This document shows positions 28,534 through 38,891 of a DNA stretch of 64,000 bases, piece after piece. The notes below the pieces were generated by a model. The model worked only from the letters and a program-made list of their open reading frames with translations, made no database searches and was not told the DNA's origin. A program made the translations under genes and the position numbers. Each line of letters starts with the position of its first letter. Position 1 is the stretch's first letter. This stretch comes from Pseudomonadota bacterium (GTDB lineage Bacteria > Pseudomonadota > Gammaproteobacteria > Burkholderiales > REEB80): positions 67,371-131,370 of the forward strand of contig JAGXAQ010000001.1 in assembly GCA_018971485.1 (NCBI GenBank), in the 5' to 3' direction.

Positions 28534-29691
28534 ATGGGCATTTCCCCTTCTCCAGATCCAGTAGCAGTACAGCAAAGCCAATTATTACTGGAATACCTGA
28601 TCACACGAGTCAGGCAGGGGTTTTACCCTTTTGACGAATTCATGCAGGACGTCTTATATAAGCCCGGAATTGGATACTATAGTAGTCATTCAACAAAACT
28701 TGGGTCGGATGGAGATTTTATTACAGCCCCCGAGACTTCCCCTTTTTTTGGCAGATTAATAGCAGATCTTATGCTCCCATTTGCAAAAAATGGGCAAGGA
28801 ATACTGGAACTAGGGGCAGGAACAGGCCAGCTTGCCCTGGAAATTCTTCAGGAACTTGAAACCAAAGATGCACTACCTCGTTACTACAATATTCTTGAAG
28901 TAAGTGCAAATTTACGTAATCGGCAGCAGGCCTTACTTTTTTCTAAACTTCCTCATCTGGCCAAACGTATCCACTGGCTGGATCACCTGCCCGAAACTTT
29001 CGAAGGATTCATCTTTGGAAATGAAGTTCTGGATGCCCTGCCTTGTTCTCTTGTTCGCTGGGAAGCTGATGGCGTCTATGAAGTAGGGGTAGATCTTGTC
29101 AATGATAGCAAGCTTTGTTTTCATGAACGCCCTCTACCTAAGTCAACTCTTCTACAAGAGGCGTTAAAGCTTAGGGAAAAATATGGGCTTGGTCAAAATG
29201 GAAGTTATTTAAGTGAAATAAATCTGGCTGCTTGCTCTTTGACCAAAACCCTGGCAAGCCGTCTCGTCTATGGCGCCCTGCTTTTTATTGACTACGGATT
29301 TGGGGAGAAGGAATACTATCACTGTGAAAGAAACCAGGGCACGCTAATGTGTCATTATGCCCATCAAAGCCATCCAGACCCTTTCATGTACCCTGGACTA
29401 CAAGACATTACCGCACACGTCAACTTCTCAGCAATTTATGATGCTGCAATCCATGAAGGACTCTTACTTTCCGGCTATACAACCCAGGCTCATTTTCTTA
29501 TCAATCTCGGCATTCTTAACCTGCTCAGCAACCAGTCCCCTGCCAGTCCTGAAGGAATCAGGGTAACGCAAGGCGTTCATAAATTACTCAGCCCTACAGA
29601 AATGGGTGAGTTATTTAAAGCCATAGCTTTTACGACTGAGGGAGTTTCACTCAACGGCTTTAATCAAGGTGATCTAAGCAGGCTACTTTAA
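28534..29691 (+). CDS. Class I SAM-dependent methyltransferase, DUF185 (MidA/NDUFAF7-like)
   Basis: 385 aa with FITAPETSPFFG...ILELGAGTGQLA...GNEVLDALP. Confidence 0.7.
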   Translation: MGISPSPDPVAVQQSQLLLEYLITRVRQGFYPFDEFMQDVLYKPGIGYYSSHSTKLGSDGDFITAPETSPFFGRLIADLMLPFAKNGQGILELGAGTGQLALEILQELETKDALPRYYNILEVSANLRNRQQALLFSKLPHLAKRIHWLDHLPETFEGFIFGNEVLDALPCSLVRWEADGVYEVGVDLVNDSKLCFHERPLPKSTLLQEALKLREKYGLGQNGSYLSEINLAACSLTKTLASRLVYGALLFIDYGFGEKEYYHCERNQGTLMCHYAHQSHPDPFMYPGLQDITAHVNFSAIYDAAIHEGLLLSGYTTQAHFLINLGILNLLSNQSPASPEGIRVTQGVHKLLSPTEMGELFKAIAFTTEGVSLNGFNQGDLSRLL

Positions 29692-30786
29692 AGTATCATT
29701 TAGTCGGGATTTTTCAATGGCTTCTATACGGAGTCGAGCCAGATACTCTCCTGCCTCACGTCCTGACAAGCCAGAAGGAATAGATTTCCCTGAAACCGAA
29801 CTGGCAACCATTAGCATCTTCTGCCAGAAACTGGCCGAAGCATTTCCCCACAATGACATAAATTCAAGCAACCTATAAAATCTCGCCGGATGATGGAATG
29901 CATCGGTTTTCTGTAAAACGGCATAAACCATATCAGGACTTAAATCCGGCCATGACAAAAAAACCTTGTCAAAACGGCAGCATAACAAAGCCATTTCCCG
30001 ACAGGAGACGGGAACAGACAAACACTTAAAGACTTCTTCCATTCCCCCCTCATCTAATGCCATGACCATTAATGCAAAACGCCTAGGAACATCAGACCAC
30101 GACGCTTTATCCAGGCAGGCAAGGGAATGAACATAAGCCGGGATCTTATCCCGCCTCGCTTTCCCAATGGGAGGAATTAATACGTCCAGGGCCCCACAGG
30201 CCCCTAATGCTTCAAGCATGGCAGATGGATGTGATTCAACCAAACCCCGAGCAATCTCTTGCCATACTCTTTCAGGAGCAAGATATTCTAACTCCCCTTT
30301 TGCAACCATATGACTAAGTAATCTAAAGGTTTCTGGGGCAATCTTAAAACCAAACCGGGCGCTAAATCTGGCTATCCTTAACACCCTAAGCGGATCCTCT
30401 TCGAAAGCAGGCCCGACATGTCTTAAAATGCCAGCTTTTAAATCTTCCAACCCATTATAGGGATCAATCAGTTGGCCACTTTCACTTTTAGCCATGGCAT
30501 TAATAGTCAGATCACGGCGACCTAAGTCTTCTTCAAGCGTAATCTCGGATGAAGCCTGAACTGAAAATCCACGGTAACCACGACCATTCTTTCGTTCAGT
30601 TCTCGCAAGCGCATATTCTTCATGGGTCACCGGATGCAGAAAAACCGGAAAATCTTTTCCAACAGGTTTAAAGCCCATCCGTTTCATTTCGTCTGGGGTA
30701 CTCCCAACCACAACAAAATCCCGATCCTTGACAGGGATACCGAGTAATTCATCCCTTACAGCTCCACCAACCTCAAAAATTTGCAT
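29683..30786 (-). CDS. cca: CCA-adding tRNA nucleotidyltransferase (class II), short form without a recognisable HD motif
   Basis: The ORF track gives 29683..30792. Met3 start MQIFEVGGAVRDELLGIPVKDRDFVVVG parallels E. coli Cca. The head domain is conserved (EEYALARTERK...RRDLTINAMA). The C-terminal region lacks the H...HD residues. Confidence 0.85.
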   Translation of the reverse strand: MQIFEVGGAVRDELLGIPVKDRDFVVVGSTPDEMKRMGFKPVGKDFPVFLHPVTHEEYALARTERKNGRGYRGFSVQASSEITLEEDLGRRDLTINAMAKSESGQLIDPYNGLEDLKAGILRHVGPAFEEDPLRVLRIARFSARFGFKIAPETFRLLSHMVAKGELEYLAPERVWQEIARGLVESHPSAMLEALGACGALDVLIPPIGKARRDKIPAYVHSLACLDKASWSDVPRRFALMVMALDEGGMEEVFKCLSVPVSCREMALLCCRFDKVFLSWPDLSPDMVYAVLQKTDAFHHPARFYRLLEFMSLWGNASASFWQKMLMVASSVSGKSIPSGLSGREAGEYLARLRIEAIEKSRLNDTLK

Positions 30787-31117
30787 GGACATGTCCTAAA
30801 CAAATATTTCATGGGCCGCAACACCCCATAACTTAAACTTCTTAATTAAAAACAAAAGAAATAATAAAAAAATCCAACTACAATCCAAACCCTGCCAGCT
30901 GCGGCTCGCAGCAAGTAACACCTTTATTCAAATCTATCCACTACTACAATGATCAGCCAGAAGATTTAAAATCATCGAAAACCCACCAAAGACCAGACGC
31001 CTAATTATCCTAGGCAGGAACTAATTGATAGTACTAAAATTATGCCAGCCACCAAACTGTTCCTTCACTGGAAAAAGATTTAATTAACATCCCTGAAATT
31101 CAAATCGACCAAATCTC

Positions 31118-33046
31118 TTATTTACCATCAGGGGCATTTAAATCTCCGGTTTTAGACGAAACAGAAGGCAGCCAGGCCTTTAATGAAGCATGGGTAGACT
31201 GCAAATGCATAGTATAATAAGTTGTGTTGGCAAGTACTTTTTCAACGTAAACACGCGTTTCTCTATAAGGAATGGTTTCAACCCAAATCTCTCCATCCAT
31301 CTTACTACTGGGTAACCAGCTCATGACCCGTGTTGGCCCGGCATTATAAGCGGCAGCGGCCAGAGCCAGAAGATTGTTACAACGATGAAGAACATACTCA
31401 AGATACCAGGTACCCTGACCAATATTACGAGAAATATTATTATCATTGCCCGGGGTTAAGCCAATTGCCTTCCCATCAATCCACCGAATCGTGTCGGGCA
31501 TAAGCTGCATCAAACCGATTGCCCCGGAATGGGAAATAGCTTCAGGATAGAAACGACTTTCCTGTCTCATCAAACCGAGCACAAAAGCTTCATCCAAATG
31601 ATGATTATCACTAAAAGCTGAAATAGTGCTCCGATAGGGGATAGGGAATTCCAGGCCATAGTTATGCACAGAACGGGATCTCAGCTCAGTGTTGATTGCC
31701 AAATCATACCAGTGATGCTCATTGGCAAAAGCTGCCGCAGCAATCAAGAGCCGATCACCTAAATTTCGAATGGAATAAAACCACTGGGCATTCGCTTCAG
31801 GTGACATATTCTCTTTCATCAAGTAAACAACAAGACGGATACCCGGCAATTGTCCTACCTGTTTAATCTCTTCAGCAGAAGGAATATAAGAACCATGAGG
31901 CCAGGATAGTTTCTTTCCCAGATCCTCCCTTGCCAGCAAGGAAAAATAGCCCAAGCCATGAGCAATCCCAACTAACTTCTCCCTGGCTTTTACTGTTTCA
32001 CCCAACTTCAAATCACTTCGAGCCAGCCAATACCTCCATTCAGAATGAGCTTCCATACCAGGGGGCATTTCGTGAATGGAATAGCGTACCAACTGCCAGT
32101 CCCCTTCAAGTAAAGCACTTCTGGCCTGCCAAGCCAGCTCCTCCTGGGTAAGATGCCTGCCTGCCTGGTCAAAATAGCGCACTGCGGTCTTGTCATGATT
32201 ACGTGCAGCCCTTAAGGCAATACCCGCCCAAATACCTTGCCGATCAGCGCGGTTTAACCTGTACTGTAACTTCTTCCAAACTTTAAGAGTACGTTTAGGA
32301 TGCTTGTCATAAGCTTGAAATAGTGCAAATCTAAGCAGGATGCGATCAGGTTTAGCCCCCACCTTAACCCGCCGGTTTTCAAGAAATGCAATCGGATCCC
32401 GAAGAACACTTCTCAATCCAGCCATCCGACGCTTATCGGCATTATTAAGAAAATGATCGATAATAAACTGGGCCAAGGCAACCTGGCCGTTATCTAATGC
32501 CAGACGAAGTCTTTCCCAAACAAGAGGGTAATTACCCTTTTCAGAAAACAAGGCATTGAAAACAGGTAAACAGCTTGAAGGCCTTGAATATGGGGACAGC
32601 CAGAGCCTTACTCCATGTTCAAGCACATCATCCTTACTTTCTGTAAGATGGGCATCCAGGTCGTCACATACTATTTCAGTATCAGGATTAAGCAGCTGAA
32701 CATAATCCCTTCTGAATGTCTTGTAATCTTGATCATGTCCAAGTTTTTTAAGCCAATCTCCTAACAGTTTCTGGGAAAGGACACTTATCTGGTTAGAATC
32801 AACATAATTCATGACCTGAGCATTAGTCAGGCTGTCCCAATCAAGCCTTAGCTGCCAATACTGGATATAAGGGTAAAGCGGATAATTCCTTAGCGCTGAG
32901 GCATAACGGGTTAATAAAACGGAATCTTGCCTAGCATAAGCCGATTTTGCACCGGCCCAAGCATCATGCTCACCTGAAGCAAGAATAGGTTGAGTAAAGC
33001 CAAGCAAGAAAAGCCACAATAAAAATTTCATTAGAGCTACTGCCAA
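31118..33046 (-). CDS. slt: Soluble lytic murein transglycosylase (Slt70-like)
   Basis: 642 aa. TTG start, or Met6 at 33031 giving signal peptide MKFLLWLFLLGFTQPILASG. It has a superhelical U-domain and a C-terminal SLT domain (ESRFYPEAISHSGAIGLMQLMP, AAYNAGP). Confidence 0.85.
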   Translation of the reverse strand: MAVALMKFLLWLFLLGFTQPILASGEHDAWAGAKSAYARQDSVLLTRYASALRNYPLYPYIQYWQLRLDWDSLTNAQVMNYVDSNQISVLSQKLLGDWLKKLGHDQDYKTFRRDYVQLLNPDTEIVCDDLDAHLTESKDDVLEHGVRLWLSPYSRPSSCLPVFNALFSEKGNYPLVWERLRLALDNGQVALAQFIIDHFLNNADKRRMAGLRSVLRDPIAFLENRRVKVGAKPDRILLRFALFQAYDKHPKRTLKVWKKLQYRLNRADRQGIWAGIALRAARNHDKTAVRYFDQAGRHLTQEELAWQARSALLEGDWQLVRYSIHEMPPGMEAHSEWRYWLARSDLKLGETVKAREKLVGIAHGLGYFSLLAREDLGKKLSWPHGSYIPSAEEIKQVGQLPGIRLVVYLMKENMSPEANAQWFYSIRNLGDRLLIAAAAFANEHHWYDLAINTELRSRSVHNYGLEFPIPYRSTISAFSDNHHLDEAFVLGLMRQESRFYPEAISHSGAIGLMQLMPDTIRWIDGKAIGLTPGNDNNISRNIGQGTWYLEYVLHRCNNLLALAAAAYNAGPTRVMSWLPSSKMDGEIWVETIPYRETRVYVEKVLANTTYYTMHLQSTHASLKAWLPSVSSKTGDLNAPDGK

Positions 33047-33071
33047 TAAATCAGCTTATTAATTGCTAAGC

Positions 33072-34628
33072 TTAACTTAAAAACAACTGATAGGCTGGAT
33101 TTCCTGTTTCGTTATATGAAACATACCCCAGACGCTCCAAAAATCCTTGAAACTCCTTCATATCATCCGGAGGCACCTGCATTCCAACCAAAACCCTACC
33201 GTAATCTGTCCCATGATTACGGTAATGAAAAAGACTAATATTCCAATTATGGCTCATGGCATCCAGGAAATTCATCAAAGCACCGGGTCGCTCGGGAAAC
33301 TCGAAGCGATACAATAGCTCATTTTGAATATCAGGAGCATGCCCGCCTACAAGATGGCGGATATGAAGTTTTGCCATTTCGTTATCGCTAAAATCACAGG
33401 TTTCAAGCCCAACTGATTTCAGTTTTTCAATAATCTCCGTTACCTCTTCGCGACTCGTTACCTGAATCCCAACAAAAACATGGGCCTTAACCCTATCAGA
33501 AAAGCGATAATTAAATTCTGTAATGCTACGTGCGCCCAGCTGCCGGCAAAAAGATTTAAAACTGCCTGGGGTTTCAGGTATGGTCACAGCCAGAATTGTT
33601 TCCCGGTTCTCACCCAACTCTGCCCTTTCAGCAACATGCTGAAGACGATCAAAATTCATGTTCGCACCCGAAGCAATCGCAACCAGCGTTGTGTTTTCCC
33701 AAGACTCACGCTTAACGTAATTTTTTAGACCAGCAACTGCCAATGCGCCTGCCGGTTCTAATATGGAACGTGTATCTTCAAATACATCCTTGATAGCCGC
33801 ACATATTTCGTCTGTGTTAACTTCAATAACCTCATCAACCAGATCCTGACACAGCCTGAACGTCTCCTGGCCTACCATTTTTACTGCCACGCCATCGGCA
33901 AATAACCCAACCTGATCCAATCTGACGCGCCTTCCGGCAGCTATGGATTGCTTCATCGCATTTGCATCAACAGGTTCAACACCAATAATTCGGGTTAAGG
34001 GGCTTACCCGTTTAACATAGGATGCAATTCCGGCTATCAACCCTCCGCCACCAACTGGAACAAATATCGCATCTATCCTGTTCTGGTATTGGCGAAGAAT
34101 TTCCATGCCAATCGTTCCTTGCCCTGCAATAACGTCTGGATCATCATATGGATGAATAAAAGTCAGATCACTTTCCTTAGCCAGTCTCATGGCATGTAGA
34201 TAAGCTTCATCATATGTGTCTCCAGCCAGAACAACTTTTGCGCCCAACGATTTTACCGCCAGCACTTTGATGTTAGGAGTGGTTTCTGGCATCACGATTA
34301 CGGCTGAGCAACCTAATTGCCCTGCTGCGAGAGCCACGCCCTGCGCATGATTACCCGCGGAAGCAGTAATCACCCCCGACTCCAAAACAGACGACGCAAG
34401 ATGCGCCATTTTATTGTACGCACCACGCAACTTAAATGAAAAAACCTGTTGCAGGTCTTCCCGTTTAAGCAGAACCTGGTTAGCCAGGCGTCTTGACAAA
34501 TTCAAGGCGACTTCAAGAGGGGTCTCTACAGCAACATCGTACACACGAGCACGTAGAATTCTCTCAAGATAATCCCGGGAAACAGGACACTCGGACTGGG
34601 AGTTAGCTGAGGAAATGACATTATTCAT
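33072..34628 (-). CDS. ilvA: Threonine dehydratase, biosynthetic
   Basis: The ORF track gives 33072..34649; Met8 is the likely start. PLP site FSFKLRGA, plus two C-terminal ACT-like regulatory repeats. Confidence 0.9.
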   Translation of the reverse strand: MNNVISSANSQSECPVSRDYLERILRARVYDVAVETPLEVALNLSRRLANQVLLKREDLQQVFSFKLRGAYNKMAHLASSVLESGVITASAGNHAQGVALAAGQLGCSAVIVMPETTPNIKVLAVKSLGAKVVLAGDTYDEAYLHAMRLAKESDLTFIHPYDDPDVIAGQGTIGMEILRQYQNRIDAIFVPVGGGGLIAGIASYVKRVSPLTRIIGVEPVDANAMKQSIAAGRRVRLDQVGLFADGVAVKMVGQETFRLCQDLVDEVIEVNTDEICAAIKDVFEDTRSILEPAGALAVAGLKNYVKRESWENTTLVAIASGANMNFDRLQHVAERAELGENRETILAVTIPETPGSFKSFCRQLGARSITEFNYRFSDRVKAHVFVGIQVTSREEVTEIIEKLKSVGLETCDFSDNEMAKLHIRHLVGGHAPDIQNELLYRFEFPERPGALMNFLDAMSHNWNISLFHYRNHGTDYGRVLVGMQVPPDDMKEFQGFLERLGYVSYNETGNPAYQLFLS

Positions 34629-34744
34629 ATATTCGCCTTTAAATTGCACTCTAGCGTAACAAAAATCCAGCCAAACCAGAAGTAGGGCGTTAATTAAGAA
34701 AATTTGCTAACATAAATGATTCATAATCTATTATCAGGCAAGAC

Positions 34745-35419
34745 ATGTCTATCAGCCAAAACCATCTCAAGCACATTGCTGCAGAAGCAGCGCTTGCCTA
34801 TCTATCTAATATTGAGATTATCGGAATTGGAACAGGAACTACTGTCAATTTCCTTATTGATTTAATTGGTAAGAACAGGAAAAAAATTAAAGCTGCTGTG
34901 GCAAGCTCAATTGTTTCAGCAGAAAAACTAAAACAACAAGGGATCAAGGTTATCGATCTCGACTCGGTTAGCGAACTTCCTATTTATGTCGACGGTGCTG
35001 ATGAAATCAACCTCCGTTTGCAAATGATTAAAGGTGGAGGAGGAGCGCTAACCCGGGAAAAAATCCTGGCATCAGCAAGCCAGAAATTCATCTGTATTGC
35101 TGATCATTCCAAACTGGTTGAACGCCTGGGTTCTTTCCCTCTCCCTGTCGAAGTAATTCCGATGGCGCGAAATTATGTTACAAGAAAAATTTCTGCCTTG
35201 GGAGGACAGCCCATGACCCGGAAAGGGATCACGGACAATGGAAATATTATTATAGATATTCATAACCTTAATATTCAAAATCCCTCTGAACTTGAGGCTG
35301 AAATCAATCAAATAGCAGGTGTTGTCTGCTGTGGACTTTTTACACAACGCCCGGCAGATATCCTGCTACTTGCCACTGAAACGGGAGTCAAAACTCTCTT
35401 CCCTCGTAACCAGTCATGA
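34745..35419 (+). CDS. rpiA: Ribose-5-phosphate isomerase A
   Basis: 224 aa with GIGTGTTVNF...DGADEI...KGGGGALTREK. Confidence 0.9.
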   Translation: MSISQNHLKHIAAEAALAYLSNIEIIGIGTGTTVNFLIDLIGKNRKKIKAAVASSIVSAEKLKQQGIKVIDLDSVSELPIYVDGADEINLRLQMIKGGGGALTREKILASASQKFICIADHSKLVERLGSFPLPVEVIPMARNYVTRKISALGGQPMTRKGITDNGNIIIDIHNLNIQNPSELEAEINQIAGVVCCGLFTQRPADILLLATETGVKTLFPRNQS

Positions 35420-35549
35420 ATTTTGGATGACATCAACAAAACATGGCTAAACAATAAAGAGACAATTTGATAGCCTACGCCAATAATCTTCAATTACTTG
35501 TCTCTTTAATGATGTAATATAGAAATACAGGAAAACAGGACCCTCTATC

Positions 35550-36251
35550 ATGAATGAGCATACTTCCAAACAATTCGATGCTGATCTAGAAGCCGTTCGC
35601 TCCCGCGTTCTTAAGATGGGGGGACTGGTTGAAGAACAGATAGTCAAAGCAGTAGAGGCATTAACAACAGGAAATATTGAACTAGCAAAACAAGTGCAAC
35701 AGCAGGATCATCTTGTCAATGGCATGGAAGTAGCGATTGATGAAGACTGTAACCATATTATCGCCAGAAGACAACCCACTGCCGGTGATCTGCGAATGGT
35801 CATGACTGTCGTAAAGACCATTACTGATCTCGAACGAATTGGCGATGAAGCTGCTAAAATTGCACGTATGACACTCACGTTGTATGGTAGCAATCGTCTC
35901 GCTTCGCCCCGTTTCTCAGAAATTCGCCTCATGAGCAGCCAGGCACTGGAGATGCTACGCACTTCACTTGATGCATTTGCCCGTCTGGAAGTTGCTTCAG
36001 CCGTACAAGTCGCCAAGCAGGATCTACAGGTCGATGATGAATTCAAAGGGCTGCTACGTCACCTGATTACGTTCATGATGGAAGATCCGAGAACCATTTC
36101 TGATTCCATCGACATCCTGTTTGCTGCAAAAGCCATTGAACGCATGGGCGATCATGCCAAAAACATGGCAGAATATGTCGTTTACATGGTCAAGGGGAAA
36201 GATGTCCGCCATACCAACATTCTAGAACTTGAGCAGGAACTCCAGGGTTAA
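35550..36251 (+). CDS. phoU: Phosphate signalling complex protein PhoU
   Basis: 233 aa with a two-repeat PhoU fold (DLERIGDEA..., IERMGDHA...). It is not adjacent to pstSCAB in this window. Confidence 0.9.
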   Translation: MNEHTSKQFDADLEAVRSRVLKMGGLVEEQIVKAVEALTTGNIELAKQVQQQDHLVNGMEVAIDEDCNHIIARRQPTAGDLRMVMTVVKTITDLERIGDEAAKIARMTLTLYGSNRLASPRFSEIRLMSSQALEMLRTSLDAFARLEVASAVQVAKQDLQVDDEFKGLLRHLITFMMEDPRTISDSIDILFAAKAIERMGDHAKNMAEYVVYMVKGKDVRHTNILELEQELQG

Positions 36252-36273
36252 GGCTTCCCTATTCATCAGCATG

Positions 36274-36546
36274 TCAGGCTTCCGGAGGCACATAACCAGA
36301 AGCCGTTTCTGCGCCTTCACCAAAAAAATGTTTTTCGGTTTGTTCTGCAAGATATTTACGTGCTTTAGGATCGGCCAGATTCAATCGATATTCGTTAACC
36401 AGCATTGTTTGCTGGCGCACCCAGTCCTGCCAAGCCTGTTTGGATACAGACTCAAATATACGTAACCCTAATGCGCCAGGATAGGGGGGGAAATCCAGCC
36501 CTTCACTATCTATACCAAGCTTGACACAATGCACTATTCTACTCAT
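36274..36546 (-). CDS. yggX: Fe(2+)-trafficking protein YggX
   Basis: The ORF track gives 36274..36561. [10 protein letters not shown]...[19 protein letters not shown] parallels E. coli YggX. Confidence 0.85.
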   Translation of the reverse strand: MSRIVHCVKLGIDSEGLDFPPYPGALGLRIFESVSKQAWQDWVRQQTMLVNEYRLNLADPKARKYLAEQTEKHFFGEGAETASGYVPPEA

Positions 36547-36582
36547 AAAATCCTTCCTCAAATCCTAAACTCTATTTTTGGT

Positions 36583-37920
36583 TTAAACCCGGCATTCACC
36601 CAAGAAGCGGATCAACACCTTTGACCGTCTTTGGGAATTATATAGTTCTTGCCGTGACTTTGGCAGCCTTGAGACTTCACTTTCAACAAAACCATGCTCA
36701 ATAAACCAATGGGCCGTTCGCGTTGTCAAAACGAACAAATTTTTAATACCTTGTTCTTTAGCCAAACTTATAACGTGATCAAGCAATAATTCTCCCCATT
36801 GACCTGCCCGATAATGTGGATGGACTGCAAGACACGCCATTTCAGCAAAACTTTCCTTAAGAAATGGATAAAAAGCTGCACAGCCAATCAGTAAGCCATC
36901 ATGCTCAACCACAGTAAAATGACGGATATCCTGCTCAACCTGCTCTGGGGTCCGACGAACCAACGAACCCTGCTCAGCAAGTGGATTAACAAGGGCAAGG
37001 ATTGCTGGAACATCCTCTATCTGGGCGGGTCTTAGAGAATCAATGCTATCAATCGTCAGCATAGTGCCACAACCATCAAGCGTAAATAATTCATGCAAAA
37101 TGGCGCCATCCTGGTTTCTGTCGATAAAATGTGTCCGATGCACTCCTTTTCTTAGTGCCTGAACAGCATGGGGAAAGAACAATTGCATATCTTCATCAGC
37201 CTGCTTTGTTCTCTGCAGCCAGGCTAAACCCTCTTTTACCGTAAAAGAACGGATCAATTCATTCCTATCATCAAGGGCACCTTGTGCATCCATCAAAAAG
37301 ATCAACTTGTCTGCGGCAAGGGAAATAGCAACCTGAGCGGCAACTTCTTCAACAGCAAGATTAAAAACCTCCCCTGTTGGCGAATAGCCAAGTGGAGACA
37401 CAACCACCAGATCACCAAAGTCAAGACGGGAACGAATCGCCGCCGCATCAACTCTACGAACTTCACCCGTATGCTGTAAATCAACCCCATCTCGTATTCC
37501 AGCAGGTCTTGCAACAATAAAATTACCGCTGCTGACACGTAAACCTGCATTATGCATGGGCGAATCGGCAAGCCCCATGGACAATGTCGCCTCAATTTCA
37601 GCACGTAATCTACCCGAGACCTCAATTACACATTCGAGCGCTTTCTCATCAGTAACCCTTAAACCTGCGGCATATGAGATTGGAACAGCTTGTAAACGCA
37701 ATTTCTGCTCCACCTGTGGGCGCATACCATAAACCAATACTAATTTAACCCCTAGGCTATTAAGCAAATTAAGATCATGGGCAAGAGACATAAACTGCCC
37801 GTCAGATAACACCTCACCACCAAAAGCAAGAACAAATGTCCGGCCCCTGAATGCATGAATGTAAGGTGCCGCGTCCCGAAACCATCGAACAAACTGAGCT
37901 GACTGCTTTTTTATGTTCAA
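36583..37920 (-). CDS. argA: Amino-acid N-acetyltransferase (N-acetylglutamate synthase)
   Basis: The ORF track gives 36583..37947. TTG 37920 has GAGGA 8 nt upstream and removes the overlap with rsmE. It has an AAK domain (FRGRTFVLAFGGE) and a C-terminal GNAT domain. Confidence 0.85.
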   Translation of the reverse strand: MNIKKQSAQFVRWFRDAAPYIHAFRGRTFVLAFGGEVLSDGQFMSLAHDLNLLNSLGVKLVLVYGMRPQVEQKLRLQAVPISYAAGLRVTDEKALECVIEVSGRLRAEIEATLSMGLADSPMHNAGLRVSSGNFIVARPAGIRDGVDLQHTGEVRRVDAAAIRSRLDFGDLVVVSPLGYSPTGEVFNLAVEEVAAQVAISLAADKLIFLMDAQGALDDRNELIRSFTVKEGLAWLQRTKQADEDMQLFFPHAVQALRKGVHRTHFIDRNQDGAILHELFTLDGCGTMLTIDSIDSLRPAQIEDVPAILALVNPLAEQGSLVRRTPEQVEQDIRHFTVVEHDGLLIGCAAFYPFLKESFAEMACLAVHPHYRAGQWGELLLDHVISLAKEQGIKNLFVLTTRTAHWFIEHGFVESEVSRLPKSRQELYNSQRRSKVLIRFLGECRV

Positions 37921-37931
37921 GTAAGTTTTCC

Positions 37932-38660
37932 TCAAAAATCGCCCCAAAGGGTATTGATGACTGATAACGCAGCCAGGGCAGCTGTTTCTGTACGAAGAAT
38001 TCTGGGGCCAAGCATTACACCTTCAAATCCGGATTTCAAGGCTTTTTGTTCTTCGAACTGGGTCAGACCACCTTCTGGTCCAACCAAAAGACACAAATGA
38101 TTATGCTTTGGAAAAGAGCTAAATTTTCGCTCAGTCCTTGGAGACAAAACAAACCCGACTATATCAGGCCGCCATTTTTCAATATAGGATTCAAAGGAAT
38201 CCACAGGGGCCACCTCTGGAATAATGCTTCTCCCACATTGCTCACAGGCAGAAATAACTATCTGGCGCCAATGAGCCAAACGACGGAGCACCTTATCATG
38301 AGTCAGGCGGGTCAAACATTTATGGGTTAGAAGCGGAACAATGCGCCCCACCCCTAATTCCACTGCCTTTTGCAGCGTGAAGTCCATTTTATCAGCCGAC
38401 GAAATACCCTGAGCAAGCTCCGTCATAACAGGAGATTCTCTGGCAGTCAGGACACCCCGATTCGTTTTAAGATGTAAGTTTCCCTTAACGCTACCTATTA
38501 TTTTGGCAGAATAGTCTTTCCCGCTACCATCAAAAACAACCACTTCGTCTCCTGGTTTAAGACGCAATACACGACCAGCATGGTGGCTGGCAGAGTCAGA
38601 CAGGATCAGTTCCAGGTTTTCAACAAGAGGCTCAGGATGAAAAAAACGGGGTTCTGCCAT
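37932..38660 (-). CDS. rsmE: 16S rRNA (uracil1498-N3)-methyltransferase
   Basis: The ORF track gives 37932..38789. Start refined to MAEPRFFHPEPL, like E. coli RsmE. C-terminus is LGPRILRTETAALAAL. Confidence 0.85.
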   Translation of the reverse strand: MAEPRFFHPEPLVENLELILSDSASHHAGRVLRLKPGDEVVVFDGSGKDYSAKIIGSVKGNLHLKTNRGVLTARESPVMTELAQGISSADKMDFTLQKAVELGVGRIVPLLTHKCLTRLTHDKVLRRLAHWRQIVISACEQCGRSIIPEVAPVDSFESYIEKWRPDIVGFVLSPRTERKFSSFPKHNHLCLLVGPEGGLTQFEEQKALKSGFEGVMLGPRILRTETAALAALSVINTLWGDF

Positions 38661-38891
38661 AAATACCCTTAACAGGAAGTGAACTGCGTCACTGAAACAA
38701 CTGATGAAAGCAGGCCACCAACTAACTTTAATTATTTTAGTACAACCACTTAATTCAAGAAGTATAATTTCACGAACCCAATCTGACAATTATTCCAGCA
38801 CTTCGAATCTATATTTTTTCATCCAGTTGCGTTATCTTAGCTTGCACGCACACACAACACCCTACACTCTTCGGTTAATCAGACAAATAAA

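Noticed and set aside
30787-31117. A 325-bp ORF-free spacer between slt and cca, visibly A/C-rich and G-poor on the plus strand. I examined it for a tRNA, an sRNA, a gene remnant or a terminator.
   Set aside because: I found no cloverleaf and no convincing stem-loop plus U-tract; there is only a short CTGCG-GCT-CGCAG hairpin. No ORF exceeds 16 codons and there are no repeats. It most likely carries the cca promoter and UP region. It is worth a glance in RNA-seq data but nothing is supportable from sequence.
38661-38789. Long N-terminal extensions in the ORF track for rsmE and several other genes (argB, dapF, hslV, hsp20, gpsA, pcm, ilvA, yggX, argA, pilins).
   Set aside because: The extensions are not homologous to known N-termini and often overlap upstream genes. 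Internal starts have SD sequences and match orthologue lengths.
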